A stretch of 62,431 nt of DNA, the filler included, from Diploschistes diacapsis (Eukaryota): NCBI GenBank assembly GCA_023645945.1. It is 5 parts of 5 records of this genome, joined end to end, with 100 filler letters (N's around TTAATTAATTAA, not from the genome) between each part and the next. Parts side by side here need not be neighbours in the genome. Positions count along the whole stretch, not along the records: positions 1 to 12,424 come from JALAIB010000744.1; positions 12,525 to 24,940 come from JALAIB010000745.1; 3 more parts are not named here. One strand, 5' to 3'. The notes under the pieces are model-generated. The model saw only the letters and a program-made list of their open reading frames with translations. It was not told where the DNA came from and ran no database searches. The position numbers and the translations under genes were made by a program. How positions within the stretch are numbered: the stretch's first letter is position 1; every line of letters starts with the position of its first letter. Of this stretch, positions 1 through 14,219 are shown in pieces.

Positions 1-452
1 GGAGAAGGGATGATTGGCTGCAGCCAGTTGGAGGGGAGGCGTTGCAGAGTAATAAGAGCGGGGGAAGGATAGGGTTGGGCTTGTAGAGAAGCGGGATGGG
101 CGCTGGGAGGTAGGATTAAGTGGAGTCATTGACGAAAGGAGGGGGATAGAAGGAGGGAAATGAAACGAATGAGCACGGATAGCGAGGGAGAAAGAGCAGA
201 GGATGGGATAGAAGAGTGATCTGTGGACTGAAGCTCGCGGTCTTCGGGCTATAGTGTCTGGGCAAGATTCGAGGACAGCCGCTCAAAAAGCGAACAACGA
301 GGTATCGTCTCCTCAATGGAAAAGTATGGAAGCGGATATTAAAAAGCGCACGTCGCTTCTCGCAGAGAGAGGATTGTATCCAACAAGATTCGGAACCAAT
401 GATAGCACCGGTGCCTACAGCCCTCGCTCCTGACCGGGCCTTCCTTACGATA

Positions 453-2391
453 TTATTCCAACTCGGTGAAGACTCCTTCCAAGCTTCTCTTCCCTTCACT
501 CCCAATTTCCACTTCCCGCCCCTGTACTACGCCCTTCTCCCGCCCCTGTGTGGGAGCCTGATCCCCCGTCTCTTCGCTGCTTGTACCCTTCAACTCCTGA
601 CCCCTCTCGCTTCGCCTTCGATACTGTTGCCTGCCTCTTGTTCCCCAGTCCAGCCCCATAATCAGAACCAATATCCCGTAAACGACGCACACATAGTTAA
701 TGTTCGCCGCCCCAACTGGTAATAAAGACGGAAAGGAATACATCACCAGCGTGAAGAGCGTCCACGCAAGCAGAACGTAATTACACACACGACCAAAGGA
801 GCCTGTCCAAAAGGGCCCTCTCTTGTGTGGGGGAAGCAGGGTGTTTCTTCCGCGCAAAAGGAGGCAGAGGATGGGGATCGAGTAGGAGACGTAGAGTAGG
901 ACTACCGAGGCTGTGACCATACTATTCAAAGTCAAGGGAATGGAGGTTAGCCCGTGAAGACTGTATACTGGCCAAGAATATAGACGCAGGCAGAGTACCG
1001 GTAGATGGGGAAAGAAGAAAATAGCGGCTTACCTGTTGAATGCTGTACTCGATCCAAGGTAGAGGAGGCCAAGCAAGGCAACGATAACGCAGCTGACCGC
1101 ATGCGCCCTGAGCGGCACGTCCAGCTGAGGTTGCACGTGCGCCAGAAATTTGGAGCACGGCAGCCCTCCGTCGCGCGCGAAGCTCCAGCACAGTCTCGAC
1201 TGCCATGTGTGTGAAGCAACCAGACATCCAACTGCAGTAGCAACGACAAAGCTCTCCAGTACAATCGCCCCGCCCCAACTCCCCAGGGCCTGGTGGAAGA
1301 GCTCTAAGATAGGGACAAGAGTTGGCGTATTCACCACCGCTTCAAGATCCCGCATGCTGAAGAACATTGCGATGCTATAGAACCAACTCGTCACGAACCC
1401 GACGGCAATCGTGCCCATGATGGCAAAAGGAACGACTCTCTCGGGTCGAGGTACCTCTTCGGCCATGTGCGTCGCGCAATCGAGGCAGGCGAAAGCCCAG
1501 TTGGTGTTGACGAGACCGACAACAAAGGCCATGCCATCAGAAGACCAGCCGGTGTTGTTTGTGAAGGTGGCGAATATGAAGCTGGGGGGTTGGTGGCTGG
1601 GCGCTTTGGAGGGAACAACAGTAAGAATAATAAGGAAGGATAGGAGGGAGATGTAGAGGGCGCAGTTGGCGATGGAAGGGAGGAGCTTGCCGGATGTGTT
1701 GAAGATGAAGGCGAAGGCGTTGACCGCTTGGAAGGCAAGGACTACGTGCCATGCTTGGATCGTGCTGAAGAGGTTAGGCAGAGGTACGATACGTGGAAAT
1801 GACGATTAGGGAGGATAACATACAGATCTGGATGGGAGAGCTGGTAGACGCCTATCAGGCCGCTAGCTGCTGCCAGGGCGACGCTCGCGGATGTGAAAAC
1901 TTATGATTGGGAAGTAAAGTAAGCCAAGACGAAATAGAGACAACACGGCGGCGGACGACGGAAGGCTAATGCTCACCAGCACCGGCCCACGCGAACCACC
2001 CTGTAGTATATGACGCCAGATCCGCATACCTCCTACCGGCCAGCTCGTTTGCCCAAAAGTATTGCCCTCCAGCGTTCGGAAACGCGCTGGCAAGCTCAGA
2101 CAAAGATATGCCCACACAGATAGAAACGAGTGCCATGAAAATCAACCCATATATGCACAGCAGCGGACCCCCTGAGTTGATACCGGTGACCAGAGCAGCT
2201 GAGATTGCGAACCACGAGTTTGTCAGCGAGAACCCAACACCCAGGACCGACCACATGGAAAAGTTTCGCCGCATGTCCTGCGAGTAGCCCATCCGCGCCA
2301 GCTTTACAGCGTCCGAGTCTACCAAGTTCATTACCTTCCCTGCTGCTGGAGCCATGTTTTCAGAGGAGCGGTGGGCGGTTGAGGCCATCAT
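453..2391 (-). CDS. HNM1: APC-superfamily amino-acid/choline permease (HNM1-like); exons about 2391-1977, 1900-1824, 1764-1033, 921-453
   Basis: Spliced translation gives RNFSMWSVLGVGFSLTNSW, SELASAFPNAGGQYFW, DCATHMAEEVPRPE and SRLCWSFARDGGLP. The three GT..AG introns keep the frame. Confidence 0.85.
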
Positions 2392-3839
2392 GCAAATGTA
2401 TGGACCCGGTGGGATTTGGCGATGTTTCCAAGGGGCTGTGGAATGCGAGGTAACGAGGGATCTAATGTAGGCCGCTGAGGGTTACTGAATAGCCATGCAG
2501 GGCCCTGTAAGCATAATGTTCTTATCTATGGGGAATACAACAGTCAACAGTCGCGGAACCATTGGCCGAGCTGCATCATTCTCTGCCGGTCGATCACTTT
2601 AGAGATATATGGGATAAGAATATTAAATAGTGTATCAAAGGCGATGCAGAAGTAGCGGAAAGAAAAAAGTATTGGATAGTAGACATGAGGGAGCGAAAAC
2701 GAGATTTTGAGCACATGTGATTAGAAATCTGACGAAAAGGGAGGAAACCAAGGCAAACTGGAGTGAGATAGCGACGCAGCGTGAAACCCCAGCATCAACG
2801 AAAATGGAATAACGGGAATTGTGTTGAGAGCAGGGTACAGGAAGATCACTATATTTTGATAACCTTCAATGCCATTGGAGTCTTCGAGCAGGGAGCGGCC
2901 TGGTGTCCGAGAGCGTCCAATGCGCCACGTCCTGCAAGTGCTGCATGCCGTACATGTACTCGACGTTCCCAGCAGTATGGATGCTGGTGATGCAGAAGCA
3001 GGCCCAGTGTAATCGTATTACTGAGAATGGTATCGACTTCCCGTCTGATCACCGATGACAGGTCGGGCTGTGTGCTGTGGATGCAGGAGACTCCCTCGAG
3101 CATGGCATTGCATACTACTAGGTACTTACTGCAAGGTGGGGGTGCGGCCGAGGGTGCGAAAGGTCCGAGGGGCGTCTTACTTTCCCCAGTACGTATGCCT
3201 TCATAGCATGTATGTAGATACATAGGTACAATAGGTACAATGCAATTGTCCGAAGAGAATGACTGGCGGCTAGGGCGAATCACGCCAGAAAAAGTCTGAA
3301 GAGGATGAAGGTCGGCCCCCGGAAAGTCTAGAGAGATCGCTGCTGTGCAACCAAAAACCCCCGACTCGTGGCTTGTGTAACCTACATCAGACGAAGGTTG
3401 GGAAGGGCAATTCAACCCAACATCTTGCGACGTCGGCTGTGAGTGTCAACTATTCTCTCACGGCATCACCGCAGTCAAGCTAGGGTCAAGTATCTCACTA
3501 TAGCCATGACAACAAGAGAGCTTTTACTGCCTGATAGGATAAAGGGAGACCCAAATACTTGCACGTCAGAGCCGAAAGGAGGTCAAGGCACAAGATGCAG
3601 GCACATGGAATGTTGCGTTTTCAAAACAATGCTCCTGTATTGATACTCTGATCCTCTATTCCTAACTCCACCTTTCCCACCGACGTCCGTGTCGGCGTCA
3701 GCGGGCAGCCGACAGTATCAAAGGAGCGACAAGAACTTTTCCTAGTAAACCAAGTCCACCCACAAGCGTCTCCAAACAAGAGCCTCTTGCGCCCAGCGTC
3801 ATGCATTGCTTCATCGATAGAGCGTCTCTGTGACGTGGC

Positions 3840-4654
3840 TTAAGCGCCCGTCTTTGCTGGAGCCTGCACCTGGCCGTCCGAGATCTGGCTGGCCATAGGG
3901 ATGTTGGCTGATGCAGTTGAGGCGGCCGGAGCGCTCGACGTGTATGGCTTAGGAGGAGTAGCAGGCTGGGAAGCGGAGCCAGTGGATTGAGGAGAAGTAG
4001 CAGGCTGGGAAGCAGAACCAGTAGATTGAGCACTGCTGCTGCCTGCGTAGGAGCTAGGCCCCTGGGAGCTGACAACTTGGGATGAGCTACCGACTGGGAC
4101 GGAAGCAGTTGCACACTGAGTGGTCACAGAATAAGAGCTAGGAGCCTGTGAGCTCGATGCCCGGTAGCTGGGAGCCTGAGGTGGGCCAGACTGAGATGGA
4201 CTACCAGCAGGAGCAGAACCGGTTGCACATTGAGAGACAATGGTGGTAACCATCACAGTGCTTACAGATGGAACCGGAGCCGAGCTTGAAGGGGCTGGCG
4301 CTGAGCTGGATGGGGCCGGCGCTGAGCTTGATGGAGCCGGTGCAGAGTTGCTAGAAGGAGCCGGTGCAGAGCTCGACGAAGCAGGAGCAGAGCTGTGGGG
4401 TTTTTTCGCAGTGCTTGTATGAACTACAATAGGGGTGCCGACAGATGTGACAACTGCTGAACTTGAGGGGGCTGAAGCTTGTGGTCCGGGTGCTTGAGGT
4501 TGACCGTCAGAGATCTGCGAGACAGGCTGGTTGTCTCTCAACTCGGTTAGCTTAACATCGAAGCGTGAGCCAATAGCTAACCTCTGTCGCCCAAGAACCT
4601 AGCACTGGAGAGCGCTGCCAGGCCACCAGCAAAGAGGGTGATGGAAAACTTCAT
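3840..4654 (-). CDS. Secreted Ser/Ala/Pro-rich cell-wall protein with PIR repeats
   Basis: Signal peptide MKFSITLFAGGLAALSSA, an intron at about 4581-4535 (GTTAGC donor, GCTAAC branch, acceptor uncertain), two PIR motifs (SQISDGQPQA, SQISDGQVQA) and APAPSSS repeats. Confidence 0.8.
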
Positions 4655-5777
4655 TGTGCCTTGGGCTTTGGACGATAATGGGTGGACCGTATTTTATACT
4701 GGCGTAAAGGGTTGCAAAGTATGCAATAAGCAAGGGCAGCAAAGCGTGCGGAGCTGATGAAGAATAGTGGATGGAAAGGAAGAAAAGAAAAGAGAAGATG
4801 AACAGAAGAGAGTTGAGACTTATATAACAGGTGTTTCGCCCATTAGACCGTGCTTGCAGTCGTGCGGTCGAGCCTCTGTGTTGACATGCTGCTCTTTCCA
4901 AGCCGAGTAACCATAGCAAACAGTGAAGGGAGCACGAGCTGGTAGCTGGTAGGACTGGGGATCCAAACTCTATCAGTGCAAACTTTGTGCAATTGACAGC
5001 TTTCCGAGTCCTAGCCACGGCATTTTCAGGGAAGCCGTCTTCAGAGGTTGACGCTGGTGGTGTGTGAGAGTATTTCATGCCCGAAACCATGGGAGCGCCT
5101 TCCCCAAGAGAACGTTCTCCTGCCACATAATGGAGCAGGCCTCTCGAAGATGTTCGTATTTTGAGCATGGAAAGGGTTTGTCTCTATTCGAAGACTGGCT
5201 CACCCAGATGTCAACTCGCAGCTGCCCAAAGTAGAGGCAAAGACAGAAGCAGTACAGGCCACCCATTGCGTATAGCACTTATCTTGTATGGCTTGTGCAT
5301 TGCAATTGCCCCATAATGATGAGATTAGGATCCTCCAATGTGCAGCATGCCATCACAATTGCACAATTAGCGGAGAATAGCTAAGGTACCTACCTACCTG
5401 TATCTTGTTTCTTCAGGAACAAAGGTTGGCTCCACTGTCAACAGAACCACTATCCAGACATTAAGAAATATCCGAAGTCGTTGCTCAGCTTGGCATCAAT
5501 CAATTGCCGCCCAGGTCTCTCATCTCGGCGGAAGGTAAATATGAGACCCATGACAATCATAACAGTTAGCAACTTTGAGTTTGACAGCTGCCGCAAAGTC
5601 TAATGCAAGAGTAGAAGGGAACATCCGGCTCCTTGAAGCATCGTGCAAATGCCAAGTCGATGATGGTAAATGAATGACTAAGCACCAACCACCTGAAGCC
5701 TCTGGTCCTTGTGCGCTAACTCGAAAGCTCCAGCTGTTCAAATTTCAAATTCCCTGCCCTTATCGACAATCTATACA

Positions 5778-6740
5778 ATGGCTCTCCTACGCTTCTCTGC
5801 TCTGTTCATTGCGCTTCTACGAGTGCTCGCTGTGTTTGCTGCGGAGTCTGAGGTGCGATACTCGTCTTTCGCGTCTCAATGTTGGCTAGCTAACCTTGCA
5901 AAAGCCTCTCACAGACGCAGATGCCTCGAAAGAAAAGGCTCAGCTTCCAGATGCATCAAGCTTAGGCGTGAAGGTCAGAACGTCCTTCCCACAGTCTGAG
6001 ATATTCGGTGTGAAGCTCGTCAATGGGCAGCCTACGCAGGCCATTCTTCAATTCTCCAATCCGGATACAACTCCAATCAACGTTGCGTTCATTGGAGGCT
6101 CACTCTGGGCGCCCGACCCGAAAACGAAGGGCGAGACCTCTATGATCGTGCGCAACATTACGAGTACCCGCTACAATGTTCAAATTCCCGCTGAAGGAGA
6201 GGAGAGCATCAACTACAGTTTTGCGACGGAGTTGCACCCTCAAGAACTTCGCCTGAATCTTGTCACAGTTTTGACAACTGATAAGGGTGCTATCTACACC
6301 CTGAACGCTTATAACGAAACTGTCAGCATTGTGGAGCCAGATGCCAGTTTCTTTGACCTCCAGCTGTGAGTCATTGAGGGTTTTTCCGGAGAGGATACTG
6401 TTACATACTTACTCTTCGCAGCATCTTCCTCTACCTACTCCTACTCGTCATGTTCGCTGGGTCGTGTCTCTTTATCTATAACACCTGGATTACTACCTTG
6501 TTCCCCCAGAAGCGCAAGGGTGGTAAGGGTGGAGAACGGGCAAAGCGATCCAGTGGAGGCTCCAAGAAGGTAGACCCAAGCGACCAGGTGGCCGTTGTGG
6601 GTGCCGACGGTCCGGCCGTTACATCTGGTGCAAAGGCATATGATGAGAGCTGGATTCCTGAGCACCACATCAACCGCCCAGAAGCCAAGCGCCTCAAGTC
6701 CGGTGGTGGACGGCCTAAGAGTCGTGGAAAGCCTGAGTAG
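5778..6740 (+). CDS. Translocon-associated protein subunit alpha (TRAP-alpha / Irc22-like); exons 5778-5852, 5905-6365, 6422-6740
   Basis: Signal peptide, lumenal domain with FPQSEIFGVKLVNG, YSFATELHPQELRL and FFDLQLIFLY, one TM helix, basic tail with YDESWIPEHH. Introns are canonical. Confidence 0.88.
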
Positions 6741-7430
6741 TACGTCTATAGGGCCATGTCACGGTCTAAGGGCTTGCTCCAGATCGTAATAAGATGTCTA
6801 TCTAGGGTGCACGGCAGTCTCTGCATCAGCTGTGACGATGTTTAAAGTGTAGTCTCTAGATCTAGGGCAAGCACTAGACGATTTCTACCACATTCAGTGG
6901 TACAGTACGCAAAAGGTGGAAGTTTCACACATGCGTTATACCTCTCAGTAAAGAAGCAAATCCAAGCACTTCTGTACAATAATCTCAAGTATCTGCATGA
7001 ACCAAGTTTAAAGTATTTCCTTCTGTGGCTTGCAGGCTTGCCCATAATCACACAGGCTCCATGCTGAACCGGGTGGTGTCGTCAGCCTAGGGGATGGATT
7101 TGGTTGATCGGTACTTTTGTGCACGAGCTTATTCTTATTTTTGGATTTGCTGTCCATACCTTACTTCCATCCTCCTCTACTCGCACCTACACCACCATCC
7201 CCTTTGACTCACCCGAGACAACTGCACACTCATTTCGTTCCTGTGCTACCCACGCACTCGTTCATTCCTTGATCACTGCGACTTTCCTACTTCAATATTG
7301 GTCCAAGGTTGCACCTGCACTCCTTTTTAGCAATGAGGTAGAGCGAAGGCGGCCCTTGTTTAATCGCTCTTCACCGTGCTTGCAGATTTTCTCAACAGTA
7401 TTCTATCCAAACTCTGGGCAACTCCGCACG

Positions 7431-9077
7431 ATGTCAGCACAAGATTACTACGACCCGCCTGAGCAACATAAAACAAACTATTCACGAAATGAACCGCCGA
7501 AATTACCTCCGCTTCCCAACACAAATCTTTCATGGATGCGGCAAGACGCTCATGCCGACTCCCCCGTCTCGCCAATCTTCGATACCACTCCCTTGCACGA
7601 GCCCGGTAAACCTGATAGCGACGATACGAGCGACTTCTTCGGAGGTAGCAGAACAAGCGGACCTTATCGAAATTCTCGACAACATTCAGACGAAATTCCG
7701 CTGCGGGATAACCTTCGATCCGGGACAGGATACAGACCTGATGTATTAGAATCTCAAATTCCCCTACGGCCGACAAAGTCTCCTGAGCAAGCACAAAATG
7801 ACTCGCGAAGGAGGCGGAAAAAGGCAGAGAAGGAGGGGTGGTTCTCAGGGAGGGTCCCATGGGTTGTTTATTTTTTGACCACCGTTCAGTTAGCTGTGTT
7901 CATTGCAGAACTGGCAAAAAATGGTAATGATTACTCTCTGATTGAGTATTAAAAGGAATCTCTGACATCTTTCTTTAGGCGTCGAGACAGGCAGTCCCAT
8001 TCAGATTCACCCCCAGATCAATCCCATGATCGGTCCATCGTACTATGTCCTTATCAATATGGGCGGTCGATACATCCCTTGTATGAAAGACATTTCGTAT
8101 CTGGGATTGCCCGCAAACATCAACTGGCCGTGTCCAAACTCGACAACTGCGGACCCCAACAGTCCATCAATGCGTTGCAGCCTGCAAGATCTCTGCGGAT
8201 TCCCTCCTTTAGGCAATCCGCCAAATCAGTGGTTCCGATTCATTGTGCCTATGTTCCTGCATGCAGGAATAATCCATATAGGCTTCAACCTGTTGCTTCA
8301 ACTTACGCTTGGGAGGGAGATGGAAAAAACTATTGGGTCCCTGCGCTTTCTTCTTGTCTATCTGTCGAGCGGTATTTTCGGGTTTGTCTTGGGCGGCAAC
8401 TACGCCGCGAGTGGGATCGTTTCTCTTGGATGTTCCGGATCGCTTTTCGGCATTGTTGCAATCAACTTATTGCATCTCCTTTACACATGGAAGGAAAGAG
8501 TTTCGCCTTGGAAGGAACTCATTTTCATTGCGCTCGACATTCTTATCTCCTTCGCTTTGGGCCTTCTACCGGGTCTAGATAATTTTTCTCACCTGGGAGG
8601 CTTTCTGATGGGTCTGGTCTTGGGTCTCTGCATATTGCATTCGCCAAATTCTCTCCGCGAATCGAACGTCGCGACCCTAGAAAGTCCTGTAATAAGCAAG
8701 TCTCGGCGGAAACGGCGACCTGGATACAAGGATTTTAGGAAAGATCCTCTCGGCTTTTTTAAAGATCGCAAACCGGGATGGTGGGCATGGTGGCTAGTCA
8801 GAGCTGGCGCATTGCTGGGAGTCTTGGTCTGCTTTATTATACTGATTGACAACTTCTACAAGTACGCGAACACTTGCTCGTGGTGCAAGTACCTGAGCTG
8901 CATTGTAAGTCGCCATTGCACCAAAGGGGTCGGACTCGCTAACTTCTTATAAAGAATGTTAATAACTGGTGCAATGTTGGTAACTTGCAAGAACAGATCA
9001 CCCAGTCCAACTCGTCTTCGTCCAGTAAACGAGATTTTCTCGGGATGATGCCATTCGGTTACCCTGATCTACTATAG
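7431..9077 (+). CDS. Rhomboid-family intramembrane serine protease; exons 7431-7923, 7979-8904, 8955-9077
   Basis: NPMIGPS, QWFRFIVPMFLHAGIIH, catalytic GxSG (GCSGSLFG) and His (DNFSHLGG), and a Cys-rich C-terminus CSWCKYLSC..NWC. Confidence 0.92.
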
Positions 9078-10681
9078 CGCGAGTTCATCTGCACAGAGGG
9101 TTGACTGGTGATAAGCAAGTAATTTATGAAGGAATGCTTGTGCATAGCGAAGGCGTTCGGTAGCACATCTAGCGAAATTAACTGCATTGGTCGAATACTC
9201 AGAAGATGGTATGCGTGGACCGGTGGTGATATGGATAAGGTTTTGGTGTATGGCTATATATGCATGGGACAAGGACGGACTCCTAGGATATTATATTAAG
9301 TGGCCAGGCCTTAAACAAGCTCGTTGAGGAACCATACAAACATCACGATTAGAACATCCTGAAATAGAACAAGATTATCGATGCACTACTTTGGTCGCAC
9401 ACTGTTCAGATAGCAGTTACTTGACACTGCACAGGTGGGGATCTCGTGCATTGGAAGCCATGATTACACTGAATTATGTACCGCCGAGATTCCAGTTATC
9501 TAGCTCGATCCATTCTTTCTCTTCTATCGCAGTCCTATTGTTCTGACCGAGACCTCCCTAGAGGACTTACTGCGAGTCACGGTTTTCCAAGGTGCCAAAT
9601 ATCTAACCGAACAGCCAGCGAAGTTCGTGAAGCATAGAAGGTAGCACTGGTCGCGCTGCTCTCTGAAGCTAGATCCAGGACTCACATCTGCCATTGGGTC
9701 TTCGTGCCAGAAATAAGGACTCACGATCACTGCTGCTGGCTCATGTAGCTCTCGGCCGGATGATGCAGTCAACCTCCGTCAAGAAACTCCCGACTAAGAA
9801 GCCATTCAGCCTAGCAATTGACTTGATCTTCGTCACTGTTGCAGGTCGCCTTACGGTATAAATTACTCATCCTATTAGTACCTAACATCAGGGGCTTTTT
9901 GCTTGTGCTAAAAGCCGAAAGACTTCGGTGCAGATTCATCGCTGCAACCAAAAGCTATAAGAAGCTCTCGAACACCCAAATACGTTGTAATGTGTGAACT
10001 CATCCAGAGGAAAAGGGCTGACCCTTTGGGACAGCAATAACCTCCTAGAGCTGAGCCTTTATCGACATCAACGAACCCCAAATTTAGTAGCCTGGACACC
10101 CTTGATAAGTACAGAGGTTTTTCGTTTGGGAAGAGAGGATCCTGATGCGAGGTTTCCGAGAGGCTATCGATATGACCCTTGCTATATTTGATTCTTTCCA
10201 GTAGCATTTCATAATATACGCATGGTACAACCAGGGCTAGATTGATAGTAGAAACTCCAAAGTTTATTTCTAGAGACATTATAGATTCGACCAATAGAAA
10301 AGATGATGAAGTAGGATACAGTAGACTACAATAGTTCGAGAGCTTCCATTAAATGTGAAAAAGGGATCGCATAAGAAGTTCAGGAGTAGTTGGAATAATC
10401 CGGACAAATGCTGTTTGCACGATTGTAAAAACTAAACAAATCGATACCTGATATGATTGCTCTTGAGGCCAAGCATGCTGCTTGTACTCCTTTATCAATT
10501 CCGAGAAGAAGAGAAGATAGCGGCGGCCTTCTGCAGGAAAATAGTGACATCCCCTTTACACAGATCATGATTGGCTGGTTAGTACATTGGCCGAGATCCC
10601 CTGCCTTGAAGATCATGTCAAAAATATTCGAGTACTTCCTCACAAACTCTCAATTTTAGTACACAAATTGAGGAAAACGAA

Positions 10682-12424
10682 ATGAGGTCCCTCTCCAGTG
10701 GAAGCGCCCCCTCGTCTTCACTGCTAAGATTCCTGAGATCGCAGACCGACAATCTCTGCTTCTTCACCTCCAACACCGCTCCCGGCTGCGCGACTGCCCT
10801 TTGGCCTCGACAGAGCCACGAAATGGCTCCAAGAAGCCTACTAACCTGCAAGGCGAACTCCAGATCCCTCAGCACCACTGCACGATGCAATGCTACCCTC
10901 GAAGCCTCCCTGCTCAACCTTGACTTCCTCCCCAGACCGGAAACGCTTAATTTTCCTACACTATCGCGCAACACTCGCCCAGGGATCGTGATACGGCACT
11001 CTTCGCAGGAAGGCCGCACTTTGCTCCGACGATGGGCTTCCACAGAAGAGGACTCATGGCGGCGATGGTTCGACCTGCGGAAAAAGGCAAAAGAGAAATC
11101 TCTGCCGTTGAGGCCTGGCGATCTGCCACCTCTGCCGTTCCTTAGCGATGCCAGCGGTGCGACCCTGGGCCGCATGAAGGCTACGAATGAGCTTAAGTTA
11201 CGGTGTACGGAGTTTGACGAAAATGGGAACGTGGTGGTAGTTGATGGGGAGTTTAAGAAGTCGGAGCTTATAGCAATGGTATTGCCCTTTTCCAAAACTC
11301 CCAGCCTACATTCCAACATGCATTCGGCAAGGCAAGAATATCCTAACACCCAACGCAGTACGGTCTACTCCCACGCGATCTCCGCAAGATCGACTCTTCC
11401 ATGCTCCCCTCCATCATCGTCCGACCCTCCGTCATCCTGATCAACCTCCTCCACCTCAAGCTACTGATCAAGCACAACCGCGTCCTTGTCCTCGATGCCT
11501 ACGGCTCCACAGACTCCTACACCCAGTCCCTATTCATGTACGACCTTGAAGGCAAGCTCTGCCAAAAAGACGTCTCCCGGGCCGCAGGAGGCCTGCCGTA
11601 CGAATTCCGCGCCCTCGAGGCCGTGCTTATCAGCGTCACTTCCGGCCTAGAACAGGAATTTGAGGGCGTAAGGGACCCCGTGGTGTCGGTGCTGAGAGAG
11701 TTGGAGGAGGATATTGACAGAGAGAAGCTGAGGCATCTGCTGATCTATTCGAAGAAGCTGGGAACATTCGAGCAGAAGGCGAGGCTAGTCCGGGATGCAA
11801 TTGACAATCTGCTGGAGGACGACGGGGATCTGTCGACAATGTACTTGACGGAGCAGGCGCAGGGGATCGAGCGCGACGACGAGGACCACAGCGAGATCGA
11901 GATGCTGCTGGAGAGCTACCACAAGGTCACCGACGAGATCGTGCAGGTGAGCGCGAGCTTGGTGAACAACATCCGGAACACGGAGGAGATGTAAGCCCCC
12001 CCCTCTCCACCTAACGCAATACTGCTCACGCACCAATCCCTTTCCCCTCCTCATCTGTCCACCACACCCACTGATCCACTTCCCCCTTTTTCAGCGTAAA
12101 AGCCATCCTCGACGCCAACCGCAACTCCCTCATGCTCCTCGATCTCAAATTCTCCATCGGCACGCTAGGCATCGGCTCCGGCGCCTTCATCGCCGCGCTG
12201 TACGGCATGAACCTGAAGAACTTCATCGAGGAGTCCGACCTCGGCTTCTTGGGCGTATCCGGCGTGTCCGGCATCTTCGCCGCCGTCGTCTGCGTGTACG
12301 GCCTGCAGAAGCTCAGGCGCGTGCAGCGCGTCAGCATGTGGGGCGAGGCCGGGCGCCGGAATAGGGGGACCAGTTGGCGGGAGGTCGATGTTGTTAGTGG
12401 GGCAGGAGGGCTGGGGCCCGGGAC
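10682..12424 (+). CDS. LPE10: Mitochondrial CorA-family Mg2+ transporter (LPE10/MRS2), 3' end truncated by the gap; introns 11279-11358 and 11991-12094
   Basis: Presequence-like N-terminus, [38 protein letters not shown] and the CorA signature YGMN. Confidence 0.9.
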
Positions 12425-12524
12425 NNNNNNNNNNNNNNNNNNNNNNNNNNNNNNNNNNNNNNNNNNNNTTAATTAATTAANNNNNNNNNNNNNNNNNNNN
12501 NNNNNNNNNNNNNNNNNNNNNNNN
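12425..12524. other. Artificial contig-joining spacer
   Basis: 44 N + TTAATTAATTAA (stop codons in all six frames) + 44 N. Confidence 0.98.
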
Positions 12525-14219
12525 ATCGAAGATGGCGTGGATAAGACCGATCTGTTCTCATCAAGGTACCTATCGAAATCACGAGCCACAGAATTGAATA
12601 TTTATAGGGACTTGCAAGCGTCCCGTTAATGAGAAGCTCTAGGGAACTTCGCGCACCGGAGAAGAATATATAACAAGCAGCTATCTTCTTTCATTAGGTA
12701 GTAAACATCCTCTCAAGGCTAGCCGATGTCACCCTCTACTGACGATGGTGCAGTAGCGAGTTCGAACCTGCTCCAATCATAGAACGCTAGGAAAGCGGAT
12801 GTACATGGAGAGATTAAGCGCTTGTTTGGAGTCAGTAAAGTCTTCAATGTCCCCGATTTGCATCTGTGTGGCTATGGACTATACCTGCGTTGATGATTTG
12901 TGCATCTTGATAGTACCGCACTGCAGTCGAGACCAGAAGCAGTCTATCTGATGTGATGATACTTTAGCACGCAACTCGTCTCGGTGGAATGCTCTCAATT
13001 TTTCTTGCTACCTTTTTGCATTCCTTGCCACTCATCAAACATAACGCCAGTGCTCGTCAGCTTCCTAGTGAGGAGAGTATCGCGAATGGGCGTCCTATAG
13101 AGGAGTTGATGAGCTTCCTAATGCTGGCCCATTCGTGGGACCCGGCTAGGGCACCTTCATGATCGCAGAGGAGGACGCGACACAGTAACAACAAGCAAAT
13201 TTTCCGCCTTACTCCTTTTGTATTCGTCCTGCTAACATACCAAGCTGCTCGTAAAGTTTGCGCCCTCCTACGCCCTCTCCCACGGTCAGGACGCAAAGAA
13301 ATGCTGCGGAATCCGGCAAGCGATTACTTCTGTGTCCCCTCAGCATACGAAGGCGGTTGCTAATAGCGCAACTCCATCGAGAAAGATGAAGCTTCTCTCC
13401 TTACTCGTCGGGCAACCCTAATGCGCATTCTACATTGGTCCAAATAGCCCACATATCCTGGCTGTCTTGCGTCCCAAGCCATCATTTAACTATAAGACCC
13501 GGCCGGTCACTCGTCGCCGCGAATTGTTTCTCAAGCTCCTGGACAACGCAATGGGCTCACGGAAGTGAAAGAGATGACTAGTTTACAAGCAGCAAGTGCT
13601 ACTCCAGCTGGATGCTGGACAAAAAAGTAGGGCAATCCTGGGGCAGTGGTAATATCGTGTGACCAGCACAGCACTGCTCCTCTACGGTAAAATCCGCAAG
13701 ATACTGCTTTCTGCCGATTAAAGGAAAACTTTGTGCACTACTAGTCGCTGCCTCACCAGAGAGCCCTCCTATTAAGTCTGGCTTGCAAGTATTTCTCAAT
13801 TATGCACTGCCTCAGACTTGAAGTCAAGCCTTTCATATCGCATGCCCGTCATTTTCTTACATATATTTGTGTCCCCATCTCGACGTGGGTTCTGAAAAGG
13901 GAGATATTTCTAGATTATCCTCTCCCTCTCTGAAACAGTTCTTTGTTTGAAGCGCAGAGATTAACTTGTTTACCATTCACTGCTTACATTGAGACATACA
14001 ATTTGATAGCGGCCTGTTCCAATTATCTCTTTTGAACGGTCTACCTACTTGAGAATTCTGCTATTGCTCTCGGTACGTCAAAGAACCAGAACCCGACCTC
14101 CATTTGTTTTGGGAACTGACGTCTCGTTAGGGTCTCGAGAGGAGGTCATTATATCGCACTCATCCGAACCTTCGGTGAAGCCAACTTGAACCCTCTTAGC
14201 AGGGGAATTAACCGAGGAT

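Noticed and set aside
12469..12480. Palindrome TTAATTAATTAA recurring every 12.5 kb as a biological periodic element
   Set aside because: It is always centred in identical N-runs, so it is an assembly linker with six-frame stops.
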